From Vicinamibacterales bacterium (lineage in GTDB: Bacteria; Acidobacteriota; Vicinamibacteria; Vicinamibacterales; 2-12-FULL-66-21), in assembly GCA_036556425.1 (NCBI GenBank), contig DATBJJ010000115.1, positions 626-64,625 of the forward strand: a DNA stretch of 64,000 nt, in the 5' to 3' direction. The translations under genes and the position numbers were made by a program. The notes below the pieces were generated by a model. It searched no databases. It had not been told where the DNA came from and saw nothing but the letters and a program-made list of their open reading frames with translations. Below, one piece after another: positions 28,329 to 39,128 of this stretch. Numbering within the stretch: position 1 is the first letter of the stretch; every line of letters starts with the position of its first letter.

Positions 28329-28640
28329 GCGTAACCATCGCGATCGCACCCCGGTCAGCGATTTGCTTTGGTGAACAGCGTCCGCTTGAACGGCGGCGTT
28401 CACTGAAAAAAGCGTCATCGCGGAGCACGCGAAGGGCAAGAGATGCGCAGAGGCGATCTCAATCGACGCGTGTTGAGCGAGCGGCCGCGCCGCCGGCGCG
28501 GGCCTACGGCCAGGCTGCCGCTCGTTTGAACGTAGCGACGAAGGTCTGCCTCGGCGAATCTCATGCCCTCGGCTATCTCCGCGATGACCGTCGTGACCGT
28601 GGACATCCTACAACCTACTACCGAGGCCTCAGGCGGAAGT

Positions 28641-31181
28641 TCATTCGTTTCGCAGCGCGCTGATTGGATCGAGCGACGCGGCCCGCCGCGCCGGGATCAG
28701 CGCCGCGGCGACGCCGCACAGCGCGAGAACGATCACGCCGCCACTCAAGACGACCACATCGCGTCCGCTGACCTCGTAGAGCTGCGATTGGAGGAGCCGT
28801 CCAGCGCCAATCGCCGCGGGAACGCCGATCGCGAGACCGACGCCCAGTTGCCACAGGGCGCCTCGCAGCACCGTACCGAGCACGCGTCCGCGCGTCGCGC
28901 CGATCGCGACGCGAATCCCGATCTCACGTGTTCGCCGAGCCACCCAGTACGCCGTCACACCGTACAGTCCCAAGCACGCGAGCAGCAGCGCGATCGCGCC
29001 GAACACGACGGTCAGCCTGGCGATGACGCGGTCCATGTTGAAGTTGCGCGCAACCTGCTCGTCCATCGTCATCATCATGCGAACCGTGACGCGGCGATCG
29101 ACCTCGCCGAGGGCGGCACGGACGTCGCGATCGAGGGTCGCGGCAGACGTGCGCGCGTGAATCACGAGATTGCGCGGGTAGTGCGAGCGATCCGGAAGCA
29201 CCGGAGACTGATCGCCTGGCTTGGGCGGCGCCTGCTGGAGGAACGGCAGGAAGAACATCGGGTTCACCGCGCGCCGCGCGTTCTGATACTTCACGTCGCG
29301 AACGATGCCGACGACCTCGTACGCGAGCCGTCCACCCGTGAACGAGAAACGCTTCCCAATCGGATCAGCGTCGGGGAAGTACGTCTTCACGAAGGTCTCG
29401 TTGACGACGGCGACCGCGAGGGTTCCCGGGCGATCGCGCTCGTCGATCGCTCGTCCCCGCAGAAGGTCCGTGCCCGTGGCCTCGAAATAGCCGGGGGTGA
29501 TTCGCGACCACGATGGATTCCGCGATTCGGCGGCCGAGCGCCCCTCGATGATGATCGGGCTCGACCAGTTGTCGTTGGACATCGGGCTGTAAAGCGCCAA
29601 CGCCGACTGCTCCACGCCCGGAATTCGAGCGAGGCGCTCGCGCAGGCGGCCGTAGACGGACGCGAGCTCCTCGGATGTCGCGCCGCCGAGAGCGTTCGCG
29701 AGATATGCCACGTAGCGTCGATCGGTGCTGAAGCCGAAGTTCTGTTGCTGAAGATTGATGAGCGAGCGGCCGAGCAGGCCGGCGCACGCGACGAGCACGA
29801 GCGAGACGGCGATCTGGATCGCAATCAGCGCTTGCCTGAGGCGTGTGGCGCGCTCGGCGGTCGTCCGTGCCGAGCCGCGCAGCGCATCGATCGGATCCGA
29901 TCGAGAGCCGAGGATTGCCGGCGCCGCGCCGAAGGCTGCCGCGGTCACCAGCGAGATCACGAACGCGAACGCGAGGACGAGGAGCGACGGAGTGGGATCG
30001 ATCGGCACGTCCGGCGCTCCGCGGAACGTCATCAGCACGATCGCGCGGGCGCCCGCATAAGCAATCAGAAGACCCACGACGCCTCCCACGCAGGCGAGTA
30101 CGGCGCTCTCGATCAATTGCTGCCGGATCAGACGGCCGCGTGGAGCGCCGAGCGCGACGCGAACCGCCGTCTCCGTGCGGCGCGCGGCGCCTCGTCCGAG
30201 CAGGAGGTTCGCGAGGTTCGCGCACGCGATCAGGAGCACGGCCGCGGCGATCGACTGAAGGATTCTCAGCGACGGCGCGACGCCGTTGCGCATGTTGTTG
30301 ACGCCTCGCGCCGCCGACGCGAGCCGGATCGTCTGCTGCGGGATGCGCTCGCGCTCCTCGGCGGGCACATTGAGCGCGGCGCGTATCCAATTCTGAAGAT
30401 GCGCCGTGAGCTGCGCGTCGAGCGCGCCGACGTCCGTCCCTCGCGGTAGCCGGCCGATGATGTACAACCAATGCGAAGCCTTCGCGTCGACCAGCCGCGC
30501 CTGCGGCTGGAGGAGCGGCTCGTTCGAGATGGGAATCCAGAAGTCCGGCGGAAGCGGACGGATCATCTCGCCATAGAACTTTTCGGGCGCGACGCCGACG
30601 ATGACGCCCGGCACGCCGTTGAGCAGAACCTGAGTCCCCGCGATGTTCGGCGTCGAGCGGTAGCGATCCCGCCAAAGGCGATGACTGATCACCGCAACGG
30701 TGGTGGCGCCAGGCTGATCATCGGAAGTCTGCAGCAGGCGTCCAACAGCCGGCTGCAGACCGAACATCTGAAAGTAGTTGCCGGACACGAACGTCGACGA
30801 GAAAGCGGCCGGAGGCGATTGTCCGTCAGGCGGTCCGACCGCGACCTGGCCGCCCGAGCTCGCGGCGAACGCGGCCAGCTCCGTGAACTGCGGCGCGTTG
30901 TCCTTCAGATGGCGATACAGATCGTACGAGAAGAGCGAGAACTGTCCGGGGAGTCCGCTGTTCACGCAACACGTGTTGTTGTCGCCGAGCCGATAGAGCT
31001 CCGAGGGACGGTGCACCGGCAACTGCTCGAGCATCACCCGATCGATCAGCGTGAATACCGCCGTATTTCCGCCAATGCCGATCGCGAGCGTCGCGACGCA
31101 GACGAGCGTGAACGCCGGCTCGTGAAGCAGCCGGCGGAGTGAAAGCTCCAGGTCCGATTTCAAGCCTCGCAGGACGCTCAT
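28641..31181 (-). CDS. ADOP-type duplicated MacB/FtsX ABC permease
   Basis: [61 protein letters not shown]. Confidence 0.9.
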   Translation of the reverse strand: MSVLRGLKSDLELSLRRLLHEPAFTLVCVATLAIGIGGNTAVFTLIDRVMLEQLPVHRPSELYRLGDNNTCCVNSGLPGQFSLFSYDLYRHLKDNAPQFTELAAFAASSGGQVAVGPPDGQSPPAAFSSTFVSGNYFQMFGLQPAVGRLLQTSDDQPGATTVAVISHRLWRDRYRSTPNIAGTQVLLNGVPGVIVGVAPEKFYGEMIRPLPPDFWIPISNEPLLQPQARLVDAKASHWLYIIGRLPRGTDVGALDAQLTAHLQNWIRAALNVPAEERERIPQQTIRLASAARGVNNMRNGVAPSLRILQSIAAAVLLIACANLANLLLGRGAARRTETAVRVALGAPRGRLIRQQLIESAVLACVGGVVGLLIAYAGARAIVLMTFRGAPDVPIDPTPSLLVLAFAFVISLVTAAAFGAAPAILGSRSDPIDALRGSARTTAERATRLRQALIAIQIAVSLVLVACAGLLGRSLINLQQQNFGFSTDRRYVAYLANALGGATSEELASVYGRLRERLARIPGVEQSALALYSPMSNDNWSSPIIIEGRSAAESRNPSWSRITPGYFEATGTDLLRGRAIDERDRPGTLAVAVVNETFVKTYFPDADPIGKRFSFTGGRLAYEVVGIVRDVKYQNARRAVNPMFFLPFLQQAPPKPGDQSPVLPDRSHYPRNLVIHARTSAATLDRDVRAALGEVDRRVTVRMMMTMDEQVARNFNMDRVIARLTVVFGAIALLLACLGLYGVTAYWVARRTREIGIRVAIGATRGRVLGTVLRGALWQLGVGLAIGVPAAIGAGRLLQSQLYEVSGRDVVVLSGGVIVLALCGVAAALIPARRAASLDPISALRNE

Positions 31182-31251
31182 TAGTGGGACCCCTCTCGGT
31201 CGAATGAAATCTTCATGGCTTAGACGGAAGACCCGCGCAAAACGTGGCCGC

Positions 31252-31300
31252 TTGACATCGCTCGTCCACCCGCGCGATGCTTGGCGAACAAAAGGCGAAT
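31252..31300 (+). promoter_or_regulatory. Promoter with GAAC-N7-GAAY LexA-like box upstream of the radical SAM gene
   Basis: TTGACA 31252-57, GATGCT 31276-81, GAAC-aaaaggc-GAAT 31286-31300, ATG 31302. Confidence 0.55.
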
Positions 31301-31301
31301 C

Positions 31302-32267
31302 ATGCCGAAAGACGGGCTGTTATTCGATCTCGGACCCAAACCGCCGACCACGCGCGTCATTGCCCTGACCGTCAAGGAAGGAGGCGCGGCGGCGCTCGAT
31401 CAAGCCCAGCGGCGCGCGGACGATGCGCGGTATCAAGAGGTGACGTGCCGATCCGCGCTCAATCCGGTGAAAGGCATGCCGTTCAACTGGACGCTGAATC
31501 CGTATCGCGGCTGCACGCACGGCTGCCACTACTGCTTCGCGCGGCGGTATCAAACACAGTTCGAGCTCGGTCCGGGCGACGAGTTCTCGTCGCTGATCTT
31601 CGTGAAGACGAACCTCGTCGACGTGCTGCGGCGCGAGATCGACAAGCCGTCGTGGACGCGCGAGCTCGTCGCGATCGGCACCGCCACCGATCCCTATCAG
31701 CCGATCGAGGGCCACTACAAGCTGACGCGACGATCGCTCGAGGTGTTGCTGCTCGGCCGGACGCCTGTGGCGCTCGTGACGAAAGGCCCGATGGTCGTAC
31801 GCGACGCGGATCTTCTCGCGGACATCGGCCGCAGCACGGAGTGCAGCGTCTGCGTCAGCGTGCCCACCGTGGACGATGACGCGTGGGCGGCGCTGGAGCC
31901 GGGGACGGCGCACCCGCTTCAGCGGCTGCGCGCGGTGCGCACGCTGCGGAAGGCGGGCGTAAATGCTGGCGTGCTGATGTCGCCGATGGTTCCGGGCTTC
32001 ACGACGGATCGCAAGCGCCTGGAAGCCACGATCCGCGCGATTGCCGAGCACGACGCGGCGTTCCTCGGCGCGAACGTGATGTTTCTCAAAGGAGGGACGC
32101 GCGATCACTTCATGGGATTTCTTCGGCGTGAGTTCCCGCATCTCGTCGACGGCTACGAACGGCTGTACACCGGCGCGTATGCGTCGAAGGATTACGCGAA
32201 GGCCGTGCGATCGCTCGTCGAAACGCTGCAGGAGCGCTACGATCTCGGCCGGCGGAGAATGCGCTGA
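31302..32267 (+). CDS. Radical SAM protein, SplB/Rv2578c-like (putative DNA repair)
   Basis: NPYRGCTHGCHYCFAR (CxxxCxxC), GTATDPYQPIE, TK, LEPGT motifs. Confidence 0.88.
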   Translation: MPKDGLLFDLGPKPPTTRVIALTVKEGGAAALDQAQRRADDARYQEVTCRSALNPVKGMPFNWTLNPYRGCTHGCHYCFARRYQTQFELGPGDEFSSLIFVKTNLVDVLRREIDKPSWTRELVAIGTATDPYQPIEGHYKLTRRSLEVLLLGRTPVALVTKGPMVVRDADLLADIGRSTECSVCVSVPTVDDDAWAALEPGTAHPLQRLRAVRTLRKAGVNAGVLMSPMVPGFTTDRKRLEATIRAIAEHDAAFLGANVMFLKGGTRDHFMGFLRREFPHLVDGYERLYTGAYASKDYAKAVRSLVETLQERYDLGRRRMR

Positions 32268-32269
32268 CC

Positions 32270-34555
32270 TCAGGCGCTTGCCGCCAGGGATGGCGGGTCG
32301 ACCGAAATCTCGATGTGTCGCTCGTCGTCCACGGTCGCCACGAAGTGGGTGCCTTCGTTCCACCGCTGGCTGATCGGCAGCTTGAGCCGCGAATCGATGG
32401 TGCGCTTCAGAAAGCGCGCGCCGAAGGCGAGGCTGTAGCCTTCCTCGACGAGGCGCTCGAGCGCGGGGGTGGTCACGGTGAGCGTCCGGCGGCTCCGCGC
32501 GAGCGAGCGCTTGATCTTGTCGATCTGCTGCACGGCGATCGCGCGGACTTCCTCTTTCGACAGCGGCTGGAAGATGACGACCTCGTCGATGCGGTTCCTG
32601 AACTCCGGCGTGAATCGCCGCTCCACCTCGCGCAGGATGTCCGTTTGAATCTGCTCGACGCCGACCTGCTGCGATAGGAATCCCAGCGGGTTGGTCAGCC
32701 TCCGGAAGCACTCGGAGCCGATGTTGGACGTCATGATGACGATCGAGTCGCTCAGATAGACGCGCTTGCCGCGCCCGTCGGTGATCCACCCTTCGTCGAA
32801 CGCCTGCAGGAACAAGTGCAGCATCGCCGGGCTCGCCTTCTCGACCTCGTCGAGGAGGACGACCGAGTACGGGTTGTCGCGCAGTTGATTCGTCAGCACG
32901 CCGCCGCGCTCGGACCCGACGATCCCGCGCGGCATGCCGATCAGTTTGTCGACGGCGATCGAGCCGTCCTGATACTCGGACATGTCGACGCGAATCATCT
33001 TCTTCTCGTCGCCGAACAGGAACTCGGCGACCGATTTCGCGAGCTCCGTCTTCCCGACGCCGGTCGGGCCGAGGAACATCAGCACGCCGTCGGGACGATC
33101 GAAGCCGTCCTTCAGCGGACCTTTGTTCAGCACGAGCCGTCTCGCGACCGCGCCGATCGCCGCCTTCTGCCCGACGACGCGCGTGCCGAGCCGATTCTCG
33201 ACGTCGCGGAACCGATCGGTGACGTCGCGGAACACCATGTCCTCGGGGATGCGCGACACCTTCGAGATGACGCCGACGATGTCCGCGCCGCTGACTTCCC
33301 ACTGGCGGGAGATCTCCGCCTTGACCGACGCCGTATCGATCCAGCCGATGACCTTGTCCGGCAGCTGCAGGTGCCGCATGTAGCGCGGCGCCATCTCCAA
33401 CGCGGTCTCGATCGCCTCGTCCATGATACGGACCGAGTAGTTGCGCTCGAGCCGCGGACGGAGGCTGTAGAGAATGCGGCGCGTCTCGTCGATCGAAGGC
33501 TCGTCCACCTGCACGGTGCGGAAGCGCCGCGCGAGCGCCTCGTCCTCTTGCATGAACTCCTTGTATTCGCTCAGCGTGGTCGCGCCGATGATGCGGACCT
33601 CGCCGCGCGCGAGCACGGACTTGAACACGTTGGCCGCATCCGATGGCGCGCCGAGCGCCGAGCCCGCGCCGATCATCGTGTGCACTTCGTCGATGAAGAG
33701 CACGAGATTCGGACGCTCCTTGATCTCGCGAATGACGTTCTGAATGCGATCCTCGAACATGCCGCGCAGCATCGTGCCGGCGACCATCGTGTTCATCTGC
33801 AGGTTCACGACCTGACAGTCGCGGAGGCGCACCGGCACTTTGTCCGGCTCGAACTCGAGGCGCCGCGCCAATCCCTCGGCGATCGCCGTCTTGCCGACGC
33901 CGGGCTCGCCCAGCAGGAGCACCGAATTCGCGCGCTCGCGATGGCAGAGGATCTCGAGCACCTGCTGCATCTCGTGATCGCGCCCGTAGACCGGCGGAAT
34001 CTTGTCTTGCCGGGCGAGTTGATTCAGGTTCGTGGCGAAGTGCTTGAGGAACGGCGGCAGCTCGAAGCGCTTCTTCAGACGCTCCTCGCGCATCTCGTTG
34101 TCGCGCATGCGCGTGGCGAGCCGGGACACGAGCGTCGCGGGCTCGATGCCGTGCTTGCGGATGATGGAGACGGGGATGCCCTGCGTTTCCTCGAAAATCG
34201 CGGAGAAGAGATCGGCCGACTCGACCGCGTGCCGCCCCGATCGACTCGAATGCAGCATCGCGAGCTTGAAGAGGAGCTTGGTCGACTGCGCGACTTTGAG
34301 GTCGCGGCCATCCGCGAGCGGCAGCGCGCGCATGTGCTCCTCGAGCGCGTGCAGGATCTCGTGCGGGTTGAGCTGCAGGTCCTGCATGAGCTGGCCGAAC
34401 ATGTCCCACTCGACCTGCGCGAACGCGACGCAGACGTGCTCGTTGGTCAGGTAGGCATGCTCGCGGCGCCGCGCATCTTCGAGCGCGCGTTCCAGTACCC
34501 GCTCGGCGGACTCAGCCAGTCGGTTCTGAGGAATCTCGAGGTCTGTCTCAATCAC
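32270..34555 (-). CDS. Class I Clp/Hsp100 ATPase (ClpA/ClpC-like) with ClpP-docking LGF motif
   Basis: GEPGVGKT and GPTGVGKT Walker A, FIDEVH, LPDK, RVDMSEY, LDEVEKA, NPLGF, PEFRNRID. Confidence 0.92.
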   Translation of the reverse strand: MIETDLEIPQNRLAESAERVLERALEDARRREHAYLTNEHVCVAFAQVEWDMFGQLMQDLQLNPHEILHALEEHMRALPLADGRDLKVAQSTKLLFKLAMLHSSRSGRHAVESADLFSAIFEETQGIPVSIIRKHGIEPATLVSRLATRMRDNEMREERLKKRFELPPFLKHFATNLNQLARQDKIPPVYGRDHEMQQVLEILCHRERANSVLLLGEPGVGKTAIAEGLARRLEFEPDKVPVRLRDCQVVNLQMNTMVAGTMLRGMFEDRIQNVIREIKERPNLVLFIDEVHTMIGAGSALGAPSDAANVFKSVLARGEVRIIGATTLSEYKEFMQEDEALARRFRTVQVDEPSIDETRRILYSLRPRLERNYSVRIMDEAIETALEMAPRYMRHLQLPDKVIGWIDTASVKAEISRQWEVSGADIVGVISKVSRIPEDMVFRDVTDRFRDVENRLGTRVVGQKAAIGAVARRLVLNKGPLKDGFDRPDGVLMFLGPTGVGKTELAKSVAEFLFGDEKKMIRVDMSEYQDGSIAVDKLIGMPRGIVGSERGGVLTNQLRDNPYSVVLLDEVEKASPAMLHLFLQAFDEGWITDGRGKRVYLSDSIVIMTSNIGSECFRRLTNPLGFLSQQVGVEQIQTDILREVERRFTPEFRNRIDEVVIFQPLSKEEVRAIAVQQIDKIKRSLARSRRTLTVTTPALERLVEEGYSLAFGARFLKRTIDSRLKLPISQRWNEGTHFVATVDDERHIEISVDPPSLAASA

Positions 34556-34672
34556 GGCCCGCCTCCCGCTTCGCCATCCGGATCAGCAAAAGTCGTGCTC
34601 AGCACGAACTGGCGCAACCGTGGAATGGCGAGCGGGAAAAGCGGTCGCTTACTGCCCTGTGATGGGAATGCG

Positions 34673-35512
34673 TTATCGAGCTGTGTGGAGCAGCGCCTGA
34701 ATCCGCGCCTCGGTCGAGGGATGCGTGCTGAAGAGCGACGTCAACCCGCCGCCGAGGAAGGGCTTGATGATGAAGAGATGCGCCGTCGCGGGATTCGCGT
34801 GGAGCGGCACGCGCCGCGCGACCGCGTCGATCTTACGCAGCGCGTCGGCAAGACCGTACGGCGTGCCCGCGATGCGCGCGCCTTCCGCGTCCGCGGCGAA
34901 CTCGCGCGTCCGCGAGATCCACATCTGGATGAGCACCGCCGCGAGCGGCGCGAGGATCATCATCGCGAGCATCGCGATCGGGTTCGTGCCGCCGTCACGA
35001 TCGTCGTGGCGTCCGCCGAACATGCCCGCGTACATCGCCATGCGGCCGATGCCGACGATGGCCGCGGCGAGCGTCGCCGCGATCGAGCTGGTCAGCGTGT
35101 CGCGATTCTTGACGTGCGCGAGCTCGTGGGCGATCACGCCTTCGAGCTCCGACTCCGACAGGACCCGCATGATCCCTTCGGTCGCCGCCACGGCGGCGTG
35201 CTGCGGATTGCGTCCGGTCGCGAACGCGTTCGGCGATTGATCGGCGATCACGTAGACCTTCGGCATCGGCAGGTTCGCCTGACGCGCGAGCCGTTCGGTG
35301 ATTCGGTAGAGCGGATGCTCAGGGCCGACCGGCTGCGCGCCGTACATCCGCAGGACGATCTTGTCCGAGAACCAGTACGATCCGAGGTTCATCACCGCGG
35401 CGAAGATGAGCGCGATTAGAATCCCGCTCGATCCGCCGAGCGCGTCGCCGAGGACGAGCAGCAGCGCGCTCAACGCGCCGAGCAGCAACGCCGTCTTCAA
35501 TCCATTCGCCAT
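34673..35512 (-). CDS. htpX: Zinc metalloprotease HtpX
   Basis: PNAFATGRNP, HELAH, SRTREFAAD, LFSTHP. Confidence 0.93.
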   Translation of the reverse strand: MANGLKTALLLGALSALLLVLGDALGGSSGILIALIFAAVMNLGSYWFSDKIVLRMYGAQPVGPEHPLYRITERLARQANLPMPKVYVIADQSPNAFATGRNPQHAAVAATEGIMRVLSESELEGVIAHELAHVKNRDTLTSSIAATLAAAIVGIGRMAMYAGMFGGRHDDRDGGTNPIAMLAMMILAPLAAVLIQMWISRTREFAADAEGARIAGTPYGLADALRKIDAVARRVPLHANPATAHLFIIKPFLGGGLTSLFSTHPSTEARIQALLHTAR

Positions 35513-35518
35513 ACGTGA

Positions 35519-36706
35519 CTATTGTACCTGTTCGAGAGTCGGCCGGCCGCCGAGTCGTCTGAGCAGCTCGGCGACGAACGCGGCCCGCCAGGGCAAATCA
35601 TCGATCTCGACGTGCTCGTGGGACGCGTGCGCGCCGTCGCCGCGAGGTCCGAGTCCGTCAAGAGTAGGAACACCGATGGCGCCCGTAAAATTCCCGTCGG
35701 ACCCGCCGCCCGCCGGGCCCTCGGCCAGATCCTGACCGAGATCGCGCGCCGCCGCGCGCGCAACGCGATAGAGCGCCTCGACCTGCGGCGTCCGCTCGAG
35801 CGGCGGACGGTCGACGCCTCCGCTGAGCTCGAGCCGCGTGCCGCGCAGGACCGGCTTCAGCGCTCGCAGTTTTTTCATCACGACTTCCGCATCCGCCATC
35901 GTCGTCACGCGAAGGTCGATGGACGCGTGCGCCGAATCCGCGACGACGTTCGTGCGCGTGCCGCCGGCGATGCGGCCGACGTTCACGGTCACGCCGCGAT
36001 CGAGGTTCTGCAGCGTTTCGATCGCGGCAATCTGGTGCGCGAGCTCGTGGATCGCGCTCGCGCCCTTGCCCGGATCGAGTCCGGCGTGCGCGGCGATGCC
36101 GTGCACGTTCAGCTCCACTTCGCCGACGCCCTTGCGGCTCGTCTTCGCGCCGCCCCCGGGCAGCGACGGCTCGAGCACGAGCACGGCCATGTGCTCCCGA
36201 GCGGCGGCTTCGATCGTCGCCCGCGAAGTACCGCTGCCAATCTCTTCGTCGGTCGTCCACAGCATCGTCACGTGCGGTCGACCGTCGACGTTCAGCGCGG
36301 CGAGCGCGCGCATCGCGAGCATCGCGACGCCGATTCCGGCCTTCATGTCGAACGTGCCGGGACCGTGGAGGCGGCGCGTGGCGGGATCCTCGCGAAGCGG
36401 CATTCGCTCGAGGCGGCCGATCTCCCAGACGGTATCGAAGTGGCCGAGAAGGAGAATGCGCGGCGCCGTATCCGACGGCGCGTCGAACGTCGCGAGCACG
36501 TGATTGCCGCGAGTCTCGACGGCGATGCGTGTGACGGCGGCGCCAATCGCGCCGAGGCGCGCGCTCAATTCGTCGCCGCAGCGATCGACCGCCGCCTTGT
36601 TCGTGCTCGGCGATTCGAGCCGCACGAGCGCCGCGATCGTCTCGAGCAGCCAGCGTCGCTCCGCGGTGCACCAGGAGAGCAGGCGGACGGCAAGGTCGTC
36701 GGTCAT
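35519..36706 (-). CDS. M20 family metallopeptidase (carboxypeptidase G2-like)
   Basis: GHFDTV, GPGTFDMKAG, DEEIGS, GGGSDGN, GAHASHE. Confidence 0.88.
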   Translation of the reverse strand: MTDDLAVRLLSWCTAERRWLLETIAALVRLESPSTNKAAVDRCGDELSARLGAIGAAVTRIAVETRGNHVLATFDAPSDTAPRILLLGHFDTVWEIGRLERMPLREDPATRRLHGPGTFDMKAGIGVAMLAMRALAALNVDGRPHVTMLWTTDEEIGSGTSRATIEAAAREHMAVLVLEPSLPGGGAKTSRKGVGEVELNVHGIAAHAGLDPGKGASAIHELAHQIAAIETLQNLDRGVTVNVGRIAGGTRTNVVADSAHASIDLRVTTMADAEVVMKKLRALKPVLRGTRLELSGGVDRPPLERTPQVEALYRVARAAARDLGQDLAEGPAGGGSDGNFTGAIGVPTLDGLGPRGDGAHASHEHVEIDDLPWRAAFVAELLRRLGGRPTLEQVQ

Positions 36707-36765
36707 TCGTCTCCGGGATCGTGCGCGGGCGCGGATTTTGGGTTCCCGAGTTTTATAATACGTGC

Positions 36766-39079
<2,314 letters not shown>

Positions 39080-39128
39080 TCATTCCCGTGGCCGGCGTGG
39101 CATGCGTCTCGCTATGCTGAGTCACGCC

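Noticed and set aside
31320..34409. 1029-aa minus-strand ORF overlapping the Clp ATPase and radical SAM genes
   Set aside because: Alternate-frame artefact with no recognisable domain.
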